32,000 nt of DNA from Methanothermus fervidus DSM 2088 (GTDB lineage Archaea; Methanobacteriota; Methanobacteria; DSM-2088; Methanothermaceae): contig CP002278.1 in the NCBI GenBank assembly GCA_000166095.1, positions 120,001-152,000 of the forward strand. The letters are read 5' to 3'. The translations under genes were made by a program, and so were the position numbers. The notes below the pieces were generated by a model that did not search any database, was not told where the DNA came from, and was given only the letters and a program-made list of their open reading frames with translations. Below, piece after piece: positions 1 to 8,954 of this stretch (the stretch's first letter is position 1; each line of letters starts with the position of its first letter).

Positions 1-80
1 TCTATGCCTAATTCAGAAACTATGTCTTTCTTTGAAACTTCTTTTTTTTCATATAAAAAATTTAAAACCTTTTCTTTCAT
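1..80 (-). CDS. 5' end of a gene running off the window (N-terminus [26 protein letters not shown]..., HTH-like). Its position directly downstream of pycA suggests a BirA-type biotin-protein ligase/repressor.
   Basis: The ATG at 78-80 (minus) overlaps the pycA TGA stop (ATGA). The frame stays open to position 1. Only about 26 codons are visible, so the function is inferred from context only. Confidence 0.35.
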   Translation of the reverse strand, partial: MKEKVLNFLYEKKEVSKKDIVSELGI

Positions 81-1567
81 TTATTTTCACCTTTCTTCTG
101 AATATGTGCAATATAGCTACCAATTGCTGCTGTAATAGCAGCCACTTTTTTTGGTGGTAAAAACGTTGAAACTTGTCTAGAAACTCTTTCACGATCTTTC
201 TCTATTATCTTTTTCATTTCCTCTTCAATTCTCTTTTTATGTTGATCCACAAATTGCGTGTGTAATTCTCCTTTTACAAATAAAGGATCTACCATCATAG
301 CTTTATGAAAGGGTATTGTTGTTTTAACACCGATTATTATGTATTCACTTAATGCTCTTCTCATCCTAACAATTGCTTCTTTTCGATTTCTACCCCACAC
401 TATAAGTTTTGATATCATTGAATCATAAAAACTGGGTATTTCATAACCCATATAAACTCCACTATCAACTCTTACTCCAATTCCTCCAGGAGACCTATAA
501 CCTGTTATTTTCCCAGGACATGGTTGAAAATCTGATAAAGGATCTTCTGCATTTATTCTGCATTCGATTGCATGACCATTAATTTTAACATCTTTTTGTG
601 TTATATTCAATTCTTCTCCAGCAGCTATTTTTATTTGTTCTTTTACGATGTCAATTCCTGTAACGGCTTCAGTTACTGGATGTTCAACTTGTATTCTTGT
701 ATTCATTTCAAGAAAATAAAAATTACCATCTGCATACAAAAACTCAAAGGTTCCTGCATTTGTATATCCAATTTCTTTTGTAGCATTGACAACCATAGAT
801 CCTATTTTTTCCCTTAATTCTTTATTTACTATAGGGGATGGTGCCTCTTCTATCAATTTTTGATGTCTTCTCTGTATAGAGCATTCTCTATCTCCTAAAT
901 GTATAGCATTCCCATGTTCATCTGCAAGTACTTGAAATTCAATATGTCTTGGTTTCTCAAAATATTTTTCAATGTAGACTCTAGAATCTCCAAATACAGA
1001 TTTTGCAAGAGATTTAGCAGACTCCATGGCTCTTTCCATTTCATCTTCTTCATATACTGTTCTCATTCCTACCCCGCCACCACCTGCAGCAGCTTTTATT
1101 ATCACAGGATACCCTATTTCATCTGCTATTTTTAAAGCTTTCTTTACGCTTTTCACACCTTTCTCAGTTCCAGGGATGGTAGGTACCCCAACTTTACTCA
1201 TTAATTTTTTTGCAGCTATTTTATCTCCCATAGTTTTCATTATTGATGCAGATGGACCAATAAATTTTATACCACGCTTTTCACATTCTTTTGGTAATTT
1301 AGGATTTTCAGCTAGAAAACCGTATCCTGGATGAATAGCGTCTGCACCTGCTTCTTCAGCTACAGAAACAATTTTTTCGACATTTAAATAACTTTGAGAT
1401 GGATGAGAACCACCTATATGATAAGCTTCATCTGCATAATTAGTGAAGAGAGCTTTTTTGTCTGCATCAGAATAAACAGCAACAGTGTTAATATCTAATT
1501 CTCTACAGGCTCTCATAACCCGTATGGCTATTTCTCCACGGTTTGCTACAAGTACTTTTTCGAACAT
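77..1567 (-). CDS. pycA: Pyruvate carboxylase subunit A (biotin carboxylase, ATP-grasp)
   Basis: 496 aa. N-terminus [26 protein letters not shown], glycine loop [12 protein letters not shown], and [16 protein letters not shown] are all biotin carboxylase signatures. GGAGG lies 10 nt upstream of the ATG. Assignment to pyruvate rather than acetyl-CoA carboxylase rests on the archaeal/methanogen context. Confidence 0.88.
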   Translation of the reverse strand: MFEKVLVANRGEIAIRVMRACRELDINTVAVYSDADKKALFTNYADEAYHIGGSHPSQSYLNVEKIVSVAEEAGADAIHPGYGFLAENPKLPKECEKRGIKFIGPSASIMKTMGDKIAAKKLMSKVGVPTIPGTEKGVKSVKKALKIADEIGYPVIIKAAAGGGGVGMRTVYEEDEMERAMESAKSLAKSVFGDSRVYIEKYFEKPRHIEFQVLADEHGNAIHLGDRECSIQRRHQKLIEEAPSPIVNKELREKIGSMVVNATKEIGYTNAGTFEFLYADGNFYFLEMNTRIQVEHPVTEAVTGIDIVKEQIKIAAGEELNITQKDVKINGHAIECRINAEDPLSDFQPCPGKITGYRSPGGIGVRVDSGVYMGYEIPSFYDSMISKLIVWGRNRKEAIVRMRRALSEYIIIGVKTTIPFHKAMMVDPLFVKGELHTQFVDQHKKRIEEEMKKIIEKDRERVSRQVSTFLPPKKVAAITAAIGSYIAHIQKKGENK

Positions 1568-1691
1568 GAGAATACATCCTCCTACCTCAAAAACTATAAT
1601 GGAGTATTCCCCATGGAGCTTCCTGCTTCATCAAGAAAACTTACCTGAGACTATAAGAGCTGTCCCATCCCCTCAACAGTATTCTACATGC

Positions 1692-1717
1692 TAATATATA
1701 ATTTCTCTTATATATTA
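1692..1717. promoter_or_regulatory. Palindromic TATA pair (TAATATATAA-TTTCTC-TTATATATTA). The minus-facing half is the candidate pycA promoter.
   Basis: Perfect 10-bp inverted repeat with a 6-nt spacer, read directly from the sequence. It sits about 125-150 nt upstream of the pycA ATG, implying a leader of roughly 100 nt if the usual TATA-to-TSS distance of about 25 nt applies. Confidence 0.35.
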
Positions 1718-2067
1718 ATCCTTTCGATGTTTCTCTTGGATTTACCTTCTTAATTATCCATCTAGAACCTTCTTTCCAAGCTCATGATTTCTAGCCATAT
1801 TTCTTATCCTTATCCTTAAATCTTCAACGCATAGGTATATTCATGAAGAAAAGTAATGGATTGATATATAGTTTTCTTAATTTATAGAGTATTTTTGGAG
1901 AGGAAAAAGAAGGAGTAAGAGAGAGTTGTGTATATTTTTTTAGAATAAGTGTTAGTTTTGTACTTCATCTATATAAATACTTTTCTTATTTCATCCCTGA
2001 TAGAAATAAGATCTTTTTTTATGATTGCTATTTTCTTTTCATTTTTTTTAACGAAAATTGTGTTTGT

Positions 2068-2092
2068 AAAAAAAATAAGATAATATAAAAAA
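2068..2092 (-). terminator. Oligo-T tracts (T6 and T8 on the minus strand) directly after the adhesin-like gene stop. Archaeal intrinsic terminator candidate.
   Basis: The minus strand reads TGA-TTCTTTTTTATATTATCTTATTTTTTTTAC after the stop at 2096-2098. Confidence 0.4.
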
Positions 2093-2095
2093 GAA

Positions 2096-3577
2096 TCACC
2101 AAATATCAATAAATCTATCTTCATTCCCTGTATATCTAACTTTGTACTTGAATTCCTTTTTTGGGGCTATATATTTATTTATCTCTCTCATTTGTAGATT
2201 AAAGCGCTCAATTTCATATTTTATTCTAAGATTCAATAGAATTCCATTCTTTGATGGATTTTTAACAATCATTGTTCCAGATACTGCATATCCTGCCGGA
2301 TATTTACCAAGATTTATTGTTTTCCTTTCTTTTGGCTTTAGAGTTATTGTTACTTCCTTATAGCCAACTTTCTTTCCATTAACAGGATTTGTGTAAACTG
2401 TGATGTAATATTTTATGGTTATTGTCGATGCTCCTAAATTTGTGAGGGTTATATTGTAATTGAATGATTCATAGTGTATATTATTTGGTATATTATTAAA
2501 GAAAACATTTGAATAATCTACACTGACACTAGGGTACAGATGCTCCATAGTGTAAAATGCAAGAATATAGATAGCTCCTCCATCTTTTCCAGCCTCATTG
2601 TACTTAAATATAGAATTTGTAATTATTAAATCACCATCAGTGACAATAGCGCCACCATCTTCAGTAGCAATATTACTATCAAATATACAATTGTCTATTA
2701 TTAGATTACCAGGCCAACCATTATCAATGGCGCCACCTTTTTTATTTGCCATATTTTTATTAAATATAGAATTTGTTATTTTTAAATTACCGGCATTATG
2801 AATGGCGCCGCCCCAGTAACCAGCACTATTATTCTCAAACTTACATTTATCAATTGTTAAATTACCATTGTATTCATTATAAATGGCACCACCATCATAT
2901 TTGACTCCTCTGTTCCCTGTAAATAAACATTTAGTTAAATCCATGTAACCTTCATTGTAGATTGCTCCTCCAAGACATGCTAGATTATTCCTAAATATAC
3001 TTTCTTTAATAGAGGCTATTCTTTTATTAATGATTGCACTTCCTTCATTGTCACTAAATGTACTTCTTGTTATGTTTAGAATACAATGATTAGCAATTGC
3101 ATCTCCATTGCCCATAAACTCACTATTTGATATTTCCAGGTAGCCATTGTTGTAGATTGCTCCCCCTTCTTCACTAGCATAATTATCCTTAAATTTACAG
3201 TTCTCAACCTCTAAATATCCATTATTATCTATTGCACCACCATATTCTCCTTTTCCATTGGTCAATGTTAAATTTATCAACCTTACATTTGCACCGCTGG
3301 AAATTATGAATATAGGGCCTTCCCTCTGAGCATCAATTACAACTCCATCCTTATCTTCACCTACAATAGTTAAATTCTTATCTATCACAATTCCTGAAGC
3401 ATAATATGTCCCATTATGCAGAAATATTGTTTCTCCAGGATTAGAGTATTTTATTACATCTTTAAAAGTGCCATTCTCAGGATAAACTTCTTTAACTCCA
3501 TATGCTTGAGAAATTGCCAACAGAACTAGCAATGTTGAGAGGATTAATACAGCTTTAGACTTCATTTTTAGACACAT
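2096..3577 (-). CDS. Secreted parallel beta-helix (PbH1 / Pmp-type GGAI repeat) adhesin-like protein with a C-terminal beta-rich domain
   Basis: Signal peptide [23 protein letters not shown]; the start is more likely the ATG at 3565 than 3577. At least 10 degenerate repeats of about 22-25 aa carry GGAI(Y/D/H)N and N(S/C)xFxxN. The last ~130 aa are strand-rich ([21 protein letters not shown]...[15 protein letters not shown]), resembling CARDB or an Ig-like fold. Confidence 0.75.
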   Translation of the reverse strand: MCLKMKSKAVLILSTLLVLLAISQAYGVKEVYPENGTFKDVIKYSNPGETIFLHNGTYYASGIVIDKNLTIVGEDKDGVVIDAQREGPIFIISSGANVRLINLTLTNGKGEYGGAIDNNGYLEVENCKFKDNYASEEGGAIYNNGYLEISNSEFMGNGDAIANHCILNITRSTFSDNEGSAIINKRIASIKESIFRNNLACLGGAIYNEGYMDLTKCLFTGNRGVKYDGGAIYNEYNGNLTIDKCKFENNSAGYWGGAIHNAGNLKITNSIFNKNMANKKGGAIDNGWPGNLIIDNCIFDSNIATEDGGAIVTDGDLIITNSIFKYNEAGKDGGAIYILAFYTMEHLYPSVSVDYSNVFFNNIPNNIHYESFNYNITLTNLGASTITIKYYITVYTNPVNGKKVGYKEVTITLKPKERKTINLGKYPAGYAVSGTMIVKNPSKNGILLNLRIKYEIERFNLQMREINKYIAPKKEFKYKVRYTGNEDRFIDIW

Positions 3578-3785
3578 CCTTTATTTATACAAAGGGAAGT
3601 TATAGTTGCTCTTATTTATAATTTTCGATGTCAAATTTAACATTTACTAATTAATGTTAGAACATTGCTTTAAATTTTAATTTTAATACTGTAAATATAA
3701 AACCTACGAAAAAACTAAAAATAATAAGGAGGAATTTAACAAGCTCGTTATTAGTTAAGATAGAATCATTAAATAGAAGATTAGT

Positions 3786-4472
3786 GTGAAAAGCATGTCA
3801 GGAAAAGAGAACATTCCTGTAGAAATATACCGTAAAAAACAACTTGAAATGATACTCCAAAAAGTTCCACAACCATCAAATCCAAAACCAGAGTTAGAAC
3901 AATATTTAACCCCCGCCAACATAGCTGCAGATTTATTATGGAATGCTAAAATTTTAGGGGACATAAATAAAAAAGTTGTGGTGGATTTAGGTTGTGGTAC
4001 CGGGATATTTTCTATAGGATCTTCATTATTAGGTGCAAAAAAAGTATTAGGTATAGACATAGACGAAGATGTTATTAAAACTGCAGAATCATTGTCTAGA
4101 GAACTTAAATTAAAAAATATTTTGTTTTTGAAAAAAAATGTATTAAAAATTTCAAAAAAAGAAATATTTCAAATTGTGGGTGAAGTAGATACCTTAATTC
4201 AAAACCCACCATTCGGTATACAAAAATCTGCTAAAAAAGGAATGGACAAAAAATTCATAAAAAAGGCATTGGAATTATCTAAAGTAATATATTCATTTCA
4301 TGCAAAAGGCAGTGGATCATTTATCAAAAAATATTTTGAAAAGCATGGAGGCAAAGTGACCCATGTTTTTCAATATACATTTCCAATTCCATGCATATAT
4401 GAATTCCATAGAGAAGAGATTAAAAATGTTGATGTAATTGTTTTTAGAGTTTTAAATTACTCATTAATTTAA
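3786..4472 (+). CDS. METTL5-family SAM-dependent N6-adenine RNA methyltransferase homolog
   Basis: Collinear with my recollection of human METTL5: LEQYLTPANIAA, VVDLGCGTGIFSIG (SAM motif I), GIDIDEDV, NPPFG (catalytic motif IV), YEFHREEIKNVDVIVFRV. The start is GTG 3786 or, more likely, ATG 3795. Confidence 0.8.
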   Translation: MKSMSGKENIPVEIYRKKQLEMILQKVPQPSNPKPELEQYLTPANIAADLLWNAKILGDINKKVVVDLGCGTGIFSIGSSLLGAKKVLGIDIDEDVIKTAESLSRELKLKNILFLKKNVLKISKKEIFQIVGEVDTLIQNPPFGIQKSAKKGMDKKFIKKALELSKVIYSFHAKGSGSFIKKYFEKHGGKVTHVFQYTFPIPCIYEFHREEIKNVDVIVFRVLNYSLI

Positions 4473-4475
4473 AAT

Positions 4476-5060
4476 CTATTTTTTACTTAAATAATGTTTT
4501 GCAATGCGTTTAGCAAATTCAGATCCATTTTTCATTATTTTTTTCATATTTTCCTCAACTTCCTTCCCTCCAATATTCATAAGGGCCCATGCAGCACCTG
4601 TTCTTACAAATCCACTTTTATCATCAAGCAATTCAACCAATCTTTTAACTGCAGGTTTATATTTTATTTCACCAATTATCCATGCAGCTGCTCCTCTAAC
4701 TCTCCAATCTTCATCATCTAATAACTTTGCTAATTTTTTACCAGCATTTTTCCCAATCTTACATAATGCAGTACTTGCTTCTCTTCTCACAATCTTGCTT
4801 TCGTCTCTTAATGCATTTATTAGAGGTTCTATAGCCTTGGTATCCCCAATATTGCCAAGAACTCGCGCTGCCCCTGCTCTTATATACTTATTTTCATCTG
4901 ATAGTGCATCAATTAAATGTGCAACTGCACCATTTCCAATTTCCTCAAGCAATTCCATTGCTTGGGTCCTAACATATTCATCTTTGCTTTTAAGATCAGA
5001 TATTAACCTTCTGACAGTTTCATCCTTTAACATTTCATTATCCTCCAAACCCAACAACAT
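4476..5060 (-). CDS. HEAT-repeat (PBS-lyase HEAT-like) protein
   Basis: Four to five repeats of the pattern Dxxxx(V/I)RxxAAxxLGxIG, for example DENKYIRAGAARVLGNIGD and DEDWRVRGAAAWIIGEI. Confidence 0.7.
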   Translation of the reverse strand: MLLGLEDNEMLKDETVRRLISDLKSKDEYVRTQAMELLEEIGNGAVAHLIDALSDENKYIRAGAARVLGNIGDTKAIEPLINALRDESKIVRREASTALCKIGKNAGKKLAKLLDDEDWRVRGAAAWIIGEIKYKPAVKRLVELLDDKSGFVRTGAAWALMNIGGKEVEENMKKIMKNGSEFAKRIAKHYLSKK

Positions 5061-5135
5061 TAATATTATAAAATTTCCACTTTTATTAATAAAAAAATAT
5101 TTTTTGGAGGATTTTTCAAACCTAAATTTATTTCG

Positions 5136-6068
5136 GTGATAAAAGTGTGTAAAGATATAGATGCTATCCCATGGATCAAAAAAACAAAAAGAACGATATA
5201 TTTATATAGAGACAAAGGATTTTCAACAATTGGAGTCTGTGACTTAAACATGGACATTGAAAATGTTAAGAAAGTTATCTATACAAGAAAAAGTAAATTG
5301 AGCGTAGATAAAAATACAAAAGGGTGTTTAAGGGGTTTTAACAATTATTGTTTAGAAACTACAAAAAATTTTAATTTTATAGTTTTCTTCAATGAAGAAG
5401 AACCTATTTTTGATGTCATGTTAATACTAAACAAAACCTTAGACAAGCGAGAGATGATAAAATGTTTTAAAATAACTGTGGAAACATTGAAAAATATTTT
5501 AAAGGAAAAGGATTTTGAAATTAGGAATATATTGATAATATCACCGGTTAAGATGCAGAAAATTACTACAGATAAAATCTTTTCAAAATTAGAAGATATA
5601 GCTGAGGATGTCTTTAAAAAAGTTTTAAGAAAAGTTAAAACGAAGAAAATACATGAATATCTCAAAGATTTTGGAATAAGTATTGAAAAATTGGTAGATG
5701 CTGGTATGGAACTTTGTGTAGGCGTTGAAACTACTGAAAAATTACGTAATAAACTAAAACATCAAATAAATAAGGCATTGGATGATATAAATGTAGTAAC
5801 ATTAATTATGGCTGCTATGCGGGTGGAAGAAGATTTCCATTTTTACAGAATTGAAGGTTTTAATATTGATGATGATCCTGCATACTTATATACAGATGAA
5901 GTTTTTGGAATGGCTATAGCAAATCAAATTGCAGGAACAAAAGCAATTTTTAATTTTAAAAGATATGATGAAGAAAAACCAGGAATAATATCCAAATTAC
6001 CACCATTAATGGACGATGTTGTAGCTGGTTTAATTGCAGGTTGCATGTCAAAAATATTTGAAGAATAG
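5136..6068 (+). CDS. PgpA-domain protein, probable CobZ-type alpha-ribazole-5'-phosphate phosphatase
   Basis: The C-terminal ~100 aa match PgpA motifs ([15 protein letters not shown]; [16 protein letters not shown] versus E. coli PgpA WDEFIGMW and MIDDIVAGV). It lies 8 nt upstream of cobS on the same strand. The start is uncertain (GTG 5136/5145 or ATG 5250). Confidence 0.55.
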   Translation: MIKVCKDIDAIPWIKKTKRTIYLYRDKGFSTIGVCDLNMDIENVKKVIYTRKSKLSVDKNTKGCLRGFNNYCLETTKNFNFIVFFNEEEPIFDVMLILNKTLDKREMIKCFKITVETLKNILKEKDFEIRNILIISPVKMQKITTDKIFSKLEDIAEDVFKKVLRKVKTKKIHEYLKDFGISIEKLVDAGMELCVGVETTEKLRNKLKHQINKALDDINVVTLIMAAMRVEEDFHFYRIEGFNIDDDPAYLYTDEVFGMAIANQIAGTKAIFNFKRYDEEKPGIISKLPPLMDDVVAGLIAGCMSKIFEE

Positions 6069-6076
6069 GTGAAACC

Positions 6077-6808
6077 ATGAAAAGACTTCTTGGTTTAATA
6101 TCATTTTCAACAAAAATACCTACAGGCGTGCATTTACCTGCTAGTGATATAGCAGTCTATACATGGTTTTGGCCAGTGATAGGTTGCATGATAGGAGTAT
6201 TTGTTGGAGTTGTAGGATATTTTTCAAGATTTTTATTTCATCCTTTACTTTCTGCAGCCATAACTTATGCATTTACCCTATGGTTCACAGGGTTTCATCA
6301 TTTAGATGGTTTAATTGACGTAGGCGATGCAATGATGGTTCATTCTACTCCAGAAAAAAGAATAGAAGTTATGAGAGATCTAAAAGTTGGCGTGGGTGGT
6401 ATTTCACTGTTCTTTTTAATTGGGATAATGACGATTTTATCAATTTATCCGATACCGTTTAGTAAAATTTTTCAATGCCTAGTTGTTTCTGAAATGAGTG
6501 CAAAATTAGGTATAGTTTCTTGCTGTACAATTTCTAGGCCATATATTAATGGAACAGGACGTCATTTCATAAAAAACATGAATGCAAGAAAATTTTTCTT
6601 GTCAATAACATTAACTATATTAATAGCATTTGCTATATTGAGATATACTGGTATTTTAGGAGTAGTGGGTGGAATAATTGCTGGCATAGTAGTAGGGATA
6701 TATAGTAGAATTTATTTTAGGTGGGCCACAGGCGATGTCTTAGGAGCATCCAATGAAATTGCAAGAATGGTTTCTTTAATGTTTATGAATTTAGAGGGCC
6801 TTACATGA
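6077..6808 (+). CDS. cobS: Adenosylcobinamide-GDP ribazoletransferase (cobalamin synthase)
   Basis: 243 aa polytopic membrane protein with [13 protein letters not shown] (CobS HxDG(L/F)xDxxD motif) and N-terminus LISFSTKIP. Confidence 0.85.
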   Translation: MKRLLGLISFSTKIPTGVHLPASDIAVYTWFWPVIGCMIGVFVGVVGYFSRFLFHPLLSAAITYAFTLWFTGFHHLDGLIDVGDAMMVHSTPEKRIEVMRDLKVGVGGISLFFLIGIMTILSIYPIPFSKIFQCLVVSEMSAKLGIVSCCTISRPYINGTGRHFIKNMNARKFFLSITLTILIAFAILRYTGILGVVGGIIAGIVVGIYSRIYFRWATGDVLGASNEIARMVSLMFMNLEGLT

Positions 6809-7329
6809 TAGCAGTATTAAGATTAGGTCATAGGAAAAAGAGAGATGCTAGAGTAACTACCCATGTATGCCTCGCTGCAAGGGCATTTGGTGCATCAAAA
6901 ATAATATTAAGTGGCGAAAAGGATGAAAAACTTATAAAAAATGTTGAAGACGTTGTTGAAAGATGGGGAGGACCATTTAGTATTGAATATTGTAAAAATT
7001 GGAGAAAAGTAATTAAAAATTGGAAATCAAAAGGTGGTGAAGTAATTCATTTAACAATGTATGGGTTGCCAGTTCAAAAAGTCATTGACAAATTGAAAAA
7101 CGATAAAGATAAACTAATTGTAGTTGGTAGTTCAAAAGTACCTGGAGAAGTCTTTGAGCTTGCTGATTGGAATGTAGCAGTTACAAATCAACCTCACTCA
7201 GAGGTATCATCGCTTGCAGTTTTTTTACACATGTTTTTTGAAGGTTCTGAATTAGAAAAGAAATTTAAAAATGCAAAAATAAAAATAATACCATCTAAAA
7301 AAGGTAAAAAGATTATAGAATTAAAATAA
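6805..7329 (+). CDS. trm56: tRNA (cytidine56-2'-O)-methyltransferase aTrm56 (SPOUT)
   Basis: 174 aa. [26 protein letters not shown] at the N-terminus and [19 protein letters not shown] are characteristic of aTrm56. ATGA overlap with cobS. Confidence 0.85.
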   Translation: MIAVLRLGHRKKRDARVTTHVCLAARAFGASKIILSGEKDEKLIKNVEDVVERWGGPFSIEYCKNWRKVIKNWKSKGGEVIHLTMYGLPVQKVIDKLKNDKDKLIVVGSSKVPGEVFELADWNVAVTNQPHSEVSSLAVFLHMFFEGSELEKKFKNAKIKIIPSKKGKKIIELK

Positions 7330-7812
7330 AGACTTTCCATTAGCAACTGCAACAATTCCAGGTATTCCCTCCACTTTAAGTTTAAATATGGCTTCCATCC
7401 CTTCTTCAGGAAAAGCAACAACTTCTTTTGATATTATTTTATCAGTTAAATATGCAGAAATTGGAGGTGTAATAACAAATGCACCACAATATCTATTTAT
7501 TGCATCTACAGTTTCTTTTTTGAGGTATCCTTTACCTATGTGTATTCTAGCACCTTTTTTTACTAAATACGGAATATTTTCTTCAATCTCTTTTTTGTTA
7601 CTGCTTGTTGGACCTATACCGGCAGGCGTTACAGCTGTATGCATTATTACAGATCCCTCAATATTAAACAATTCCTTTTTATTTTTAAGATATTTGACAA
7701 GCTTAGGAAGCGCTGCATCCCTTCCTGTGTAAATATATCCATAAATTGATACTTTGTCACCAACTTTTAATTTTTTGATGTCTTTTTTCTTTACAGGTGT
7801 GTTTATTATCAA
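7321..7812 (-). CDS. Class I fumarate hydratase (or tartrate dehydratase) beta subunit / C-terminal domain
   Basis: 163 aa. [19 protein letters not shown] and IGKG match the Fumerase_C family. The stop overlaps the trm56 3' end by 9 bp (convergent). Confidence 0.8.
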   Translation of the reverse strand: MIINTPVKKKDIKKLKVGDKVSIYGYIYTGRDAALPKLVKYLKNKKELFNIEGSVIMHTAVTPAGIGPTSSNKKEIEENIPYLVKKGARIHIGKGYLKKETVDAINRYCGAFVITPPISAYLTDKIISKEVVAFPEEGMEAIFKLKVEGIPGIVAVANGKSLF

Positions 7813-8954
7813 ATAACATCCTCCAAATCTTCAATAAATTTTTTCACATGATCTTTAGTTATATGTGGCATTACAACAATCCTAATTGCATCTAAATTTT
7901 TAGAAACGGAGACTAACCATCCAAGATTTTCTAGTTTTTTTGCAACTTCATAAGTATCTCCAGGATCAAATGCCACGATATTTAGCTCAGGTTTTGTAAT
8001 TAAATCAAGGCCGATTTTAGAGATTTTTTTAGCAAGAAATTTTGTTGTTTCCATGCATTCCCTAACAACTTTTCTATAACCTTCTCTACCCATATATTTC
8101 AGCATTGCCCAAGTAGCTGCTACAGATGCGCCAGTTCTCGTACCTACAATTGTAGATTGTCGTTCTTCAGTTAAATAAGGTGTGTACACACTTTGAACAT
8201 CGATGTATTCCTTTTTTCTAAATAAAATACCACCTGCAGGCACTGGAACTAATCCCATTTTGTGGGGATCTATAGTTATTGAAGATACACCTCCCAACTT
8301 AAAATCAAAGTCTGGTAATTTGTAGCCAATATCTTTCAAAAAAGGTATTACAAAACCTCCAAATGCAGCATCAACATGTAAATATATATTTTCATCTTCA
8401 CATAATTTTGAGAGTTCTGGTATTGGATCAACTTTTCCAAGTTCTGTAGTACCGGCTATACCTACAATAGCTACAGTGTTTGAAGTTATTTTGTCTTTAA
8501 CAGATTCTACATTAACTTTATATTCTTCATCCAATTTTGCAATTTTTAATTTTAAATTTAAAATTTCAGAAGCTTTATTAAACGAAAAATGTGCTGATGC
8601 AGGCACAATAATTTCTGGTTTCTCAATGTTACTGATATTCCTTGCAGCCCTCATAGCCATTAAGTTAGCTTCTGTACCTCCTGTAACTATATTACCATAT
8701 GCTTTTTCTGCATTTAATAGAGATGAGAGCATCTGTATTGTTTCTTTTTCTAAAATAGAGGTTCCTCTAAATAATCCAGGATCTCCCAAGTTGGTTGTTA
8801 AAAATTCATAATATACTTTTTTTGCAAATGGATGTGGCTCTGTACACATTGAACCTAATATTTTACCTGAAGAATAACTGCAATCTAATTTTTTATAATT
8901 TTTTAATTCTTTGAGCACTTGTTTTTCACTGAGACCTTTTTCCATCATTTTCAA
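7809..8954 (-). CDS. mfnA: L-tyrosine/L-aspartate decarboxylase (PLP, group II), MfnA
   Basis: 381 aa, the usual MfnA size. [10 protein letters not shown] and the PLP-lysine motif [17 protein letters not shown] are present. The N-terminus overlaps the ppsA 3' end by 20-29 nt depending on which Met is used. Confidence 0.85.
   Translation of the reverse strand: MKMMEKGLSEKQVLKELKNYKKLDCSYSSGKILGSMCTEPHPFAKKVYYEFLTTNLGDPGLFRGTSILEKETIQMLSSLLNAEKAYGNIVTGGTEANLMAMRAARNISNIEKPEIIVPASAHFSFNKASEILNLKLKIAKLDEEYKVNVESVKDKITSNTVAIVGIAGTTELGKVDPIPELSKLCEDENIYLHVDAAFGGFVIPFLKDIGYKLPDFDFKLGGVSSITIDPHKMGLVPVPAGGILFRKKEYIDVQSVYTPYLTEERQSTIVGTRTGASVAATWAMLKYMGREGYRKVVRECMETTKFLAKKISKIGLDLITKPELNIVAFDPGDTYEVAKKLENLGWLVSVSKNLDAIRIVVMPHITKDHVKKFIEDLEDVI

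Noticed and set aside
1587-1640. Possible C/D-box sRNA: a UGAUGA C-box-like hexamer on the minus strand (complement of 1628-1633) in the pycA leader.
   Set aside because: There is no CUGA D box (TCAG on the plus strand) anywhere in the 60 nt downstream on that strand, and no terminal-stem complementarity. UGAUGA alone is expected by chance.
1949-2089. 46-codon hydrophobic plus-strand ORF (GTG start; LVLYFIYINTFLISS...FFSFFLTKIVFVKKIR).
   Set aside because: The F/I/L-rich translation is a consequence of T-runs that serve as the terminator region of the minus-strand adhesin-like gene. There is no SD and it has a weak start codon.
3726-3732. Strong SD-like AAGGAGG in the intergenic region upstream of the METTL5-like gene.
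   Set aside because: No start codon follows at a usable distance (the next codons read ATT TAA). It is 62 nt from the methyltransferase ATG, and an in-frame TAG at 3774-3776 blocks extending that ORF. It is probably fortuitous.
4504-5139. 211-aa plus-strand ORF antisense to the HEAT-repeat gene. Similar long antisense ORFs occur at 9659-10306, 15047-15628, 16414-16851, 17590-17970 and elsewhere.
   Set aside because: They lie opposite genes with strong family signatures. Their translations are low-complexity (S/F/L/I/P-rich), lack SD or promoter signals, and show the typical shadow-ORF pattern of stop-poor antisense frames.
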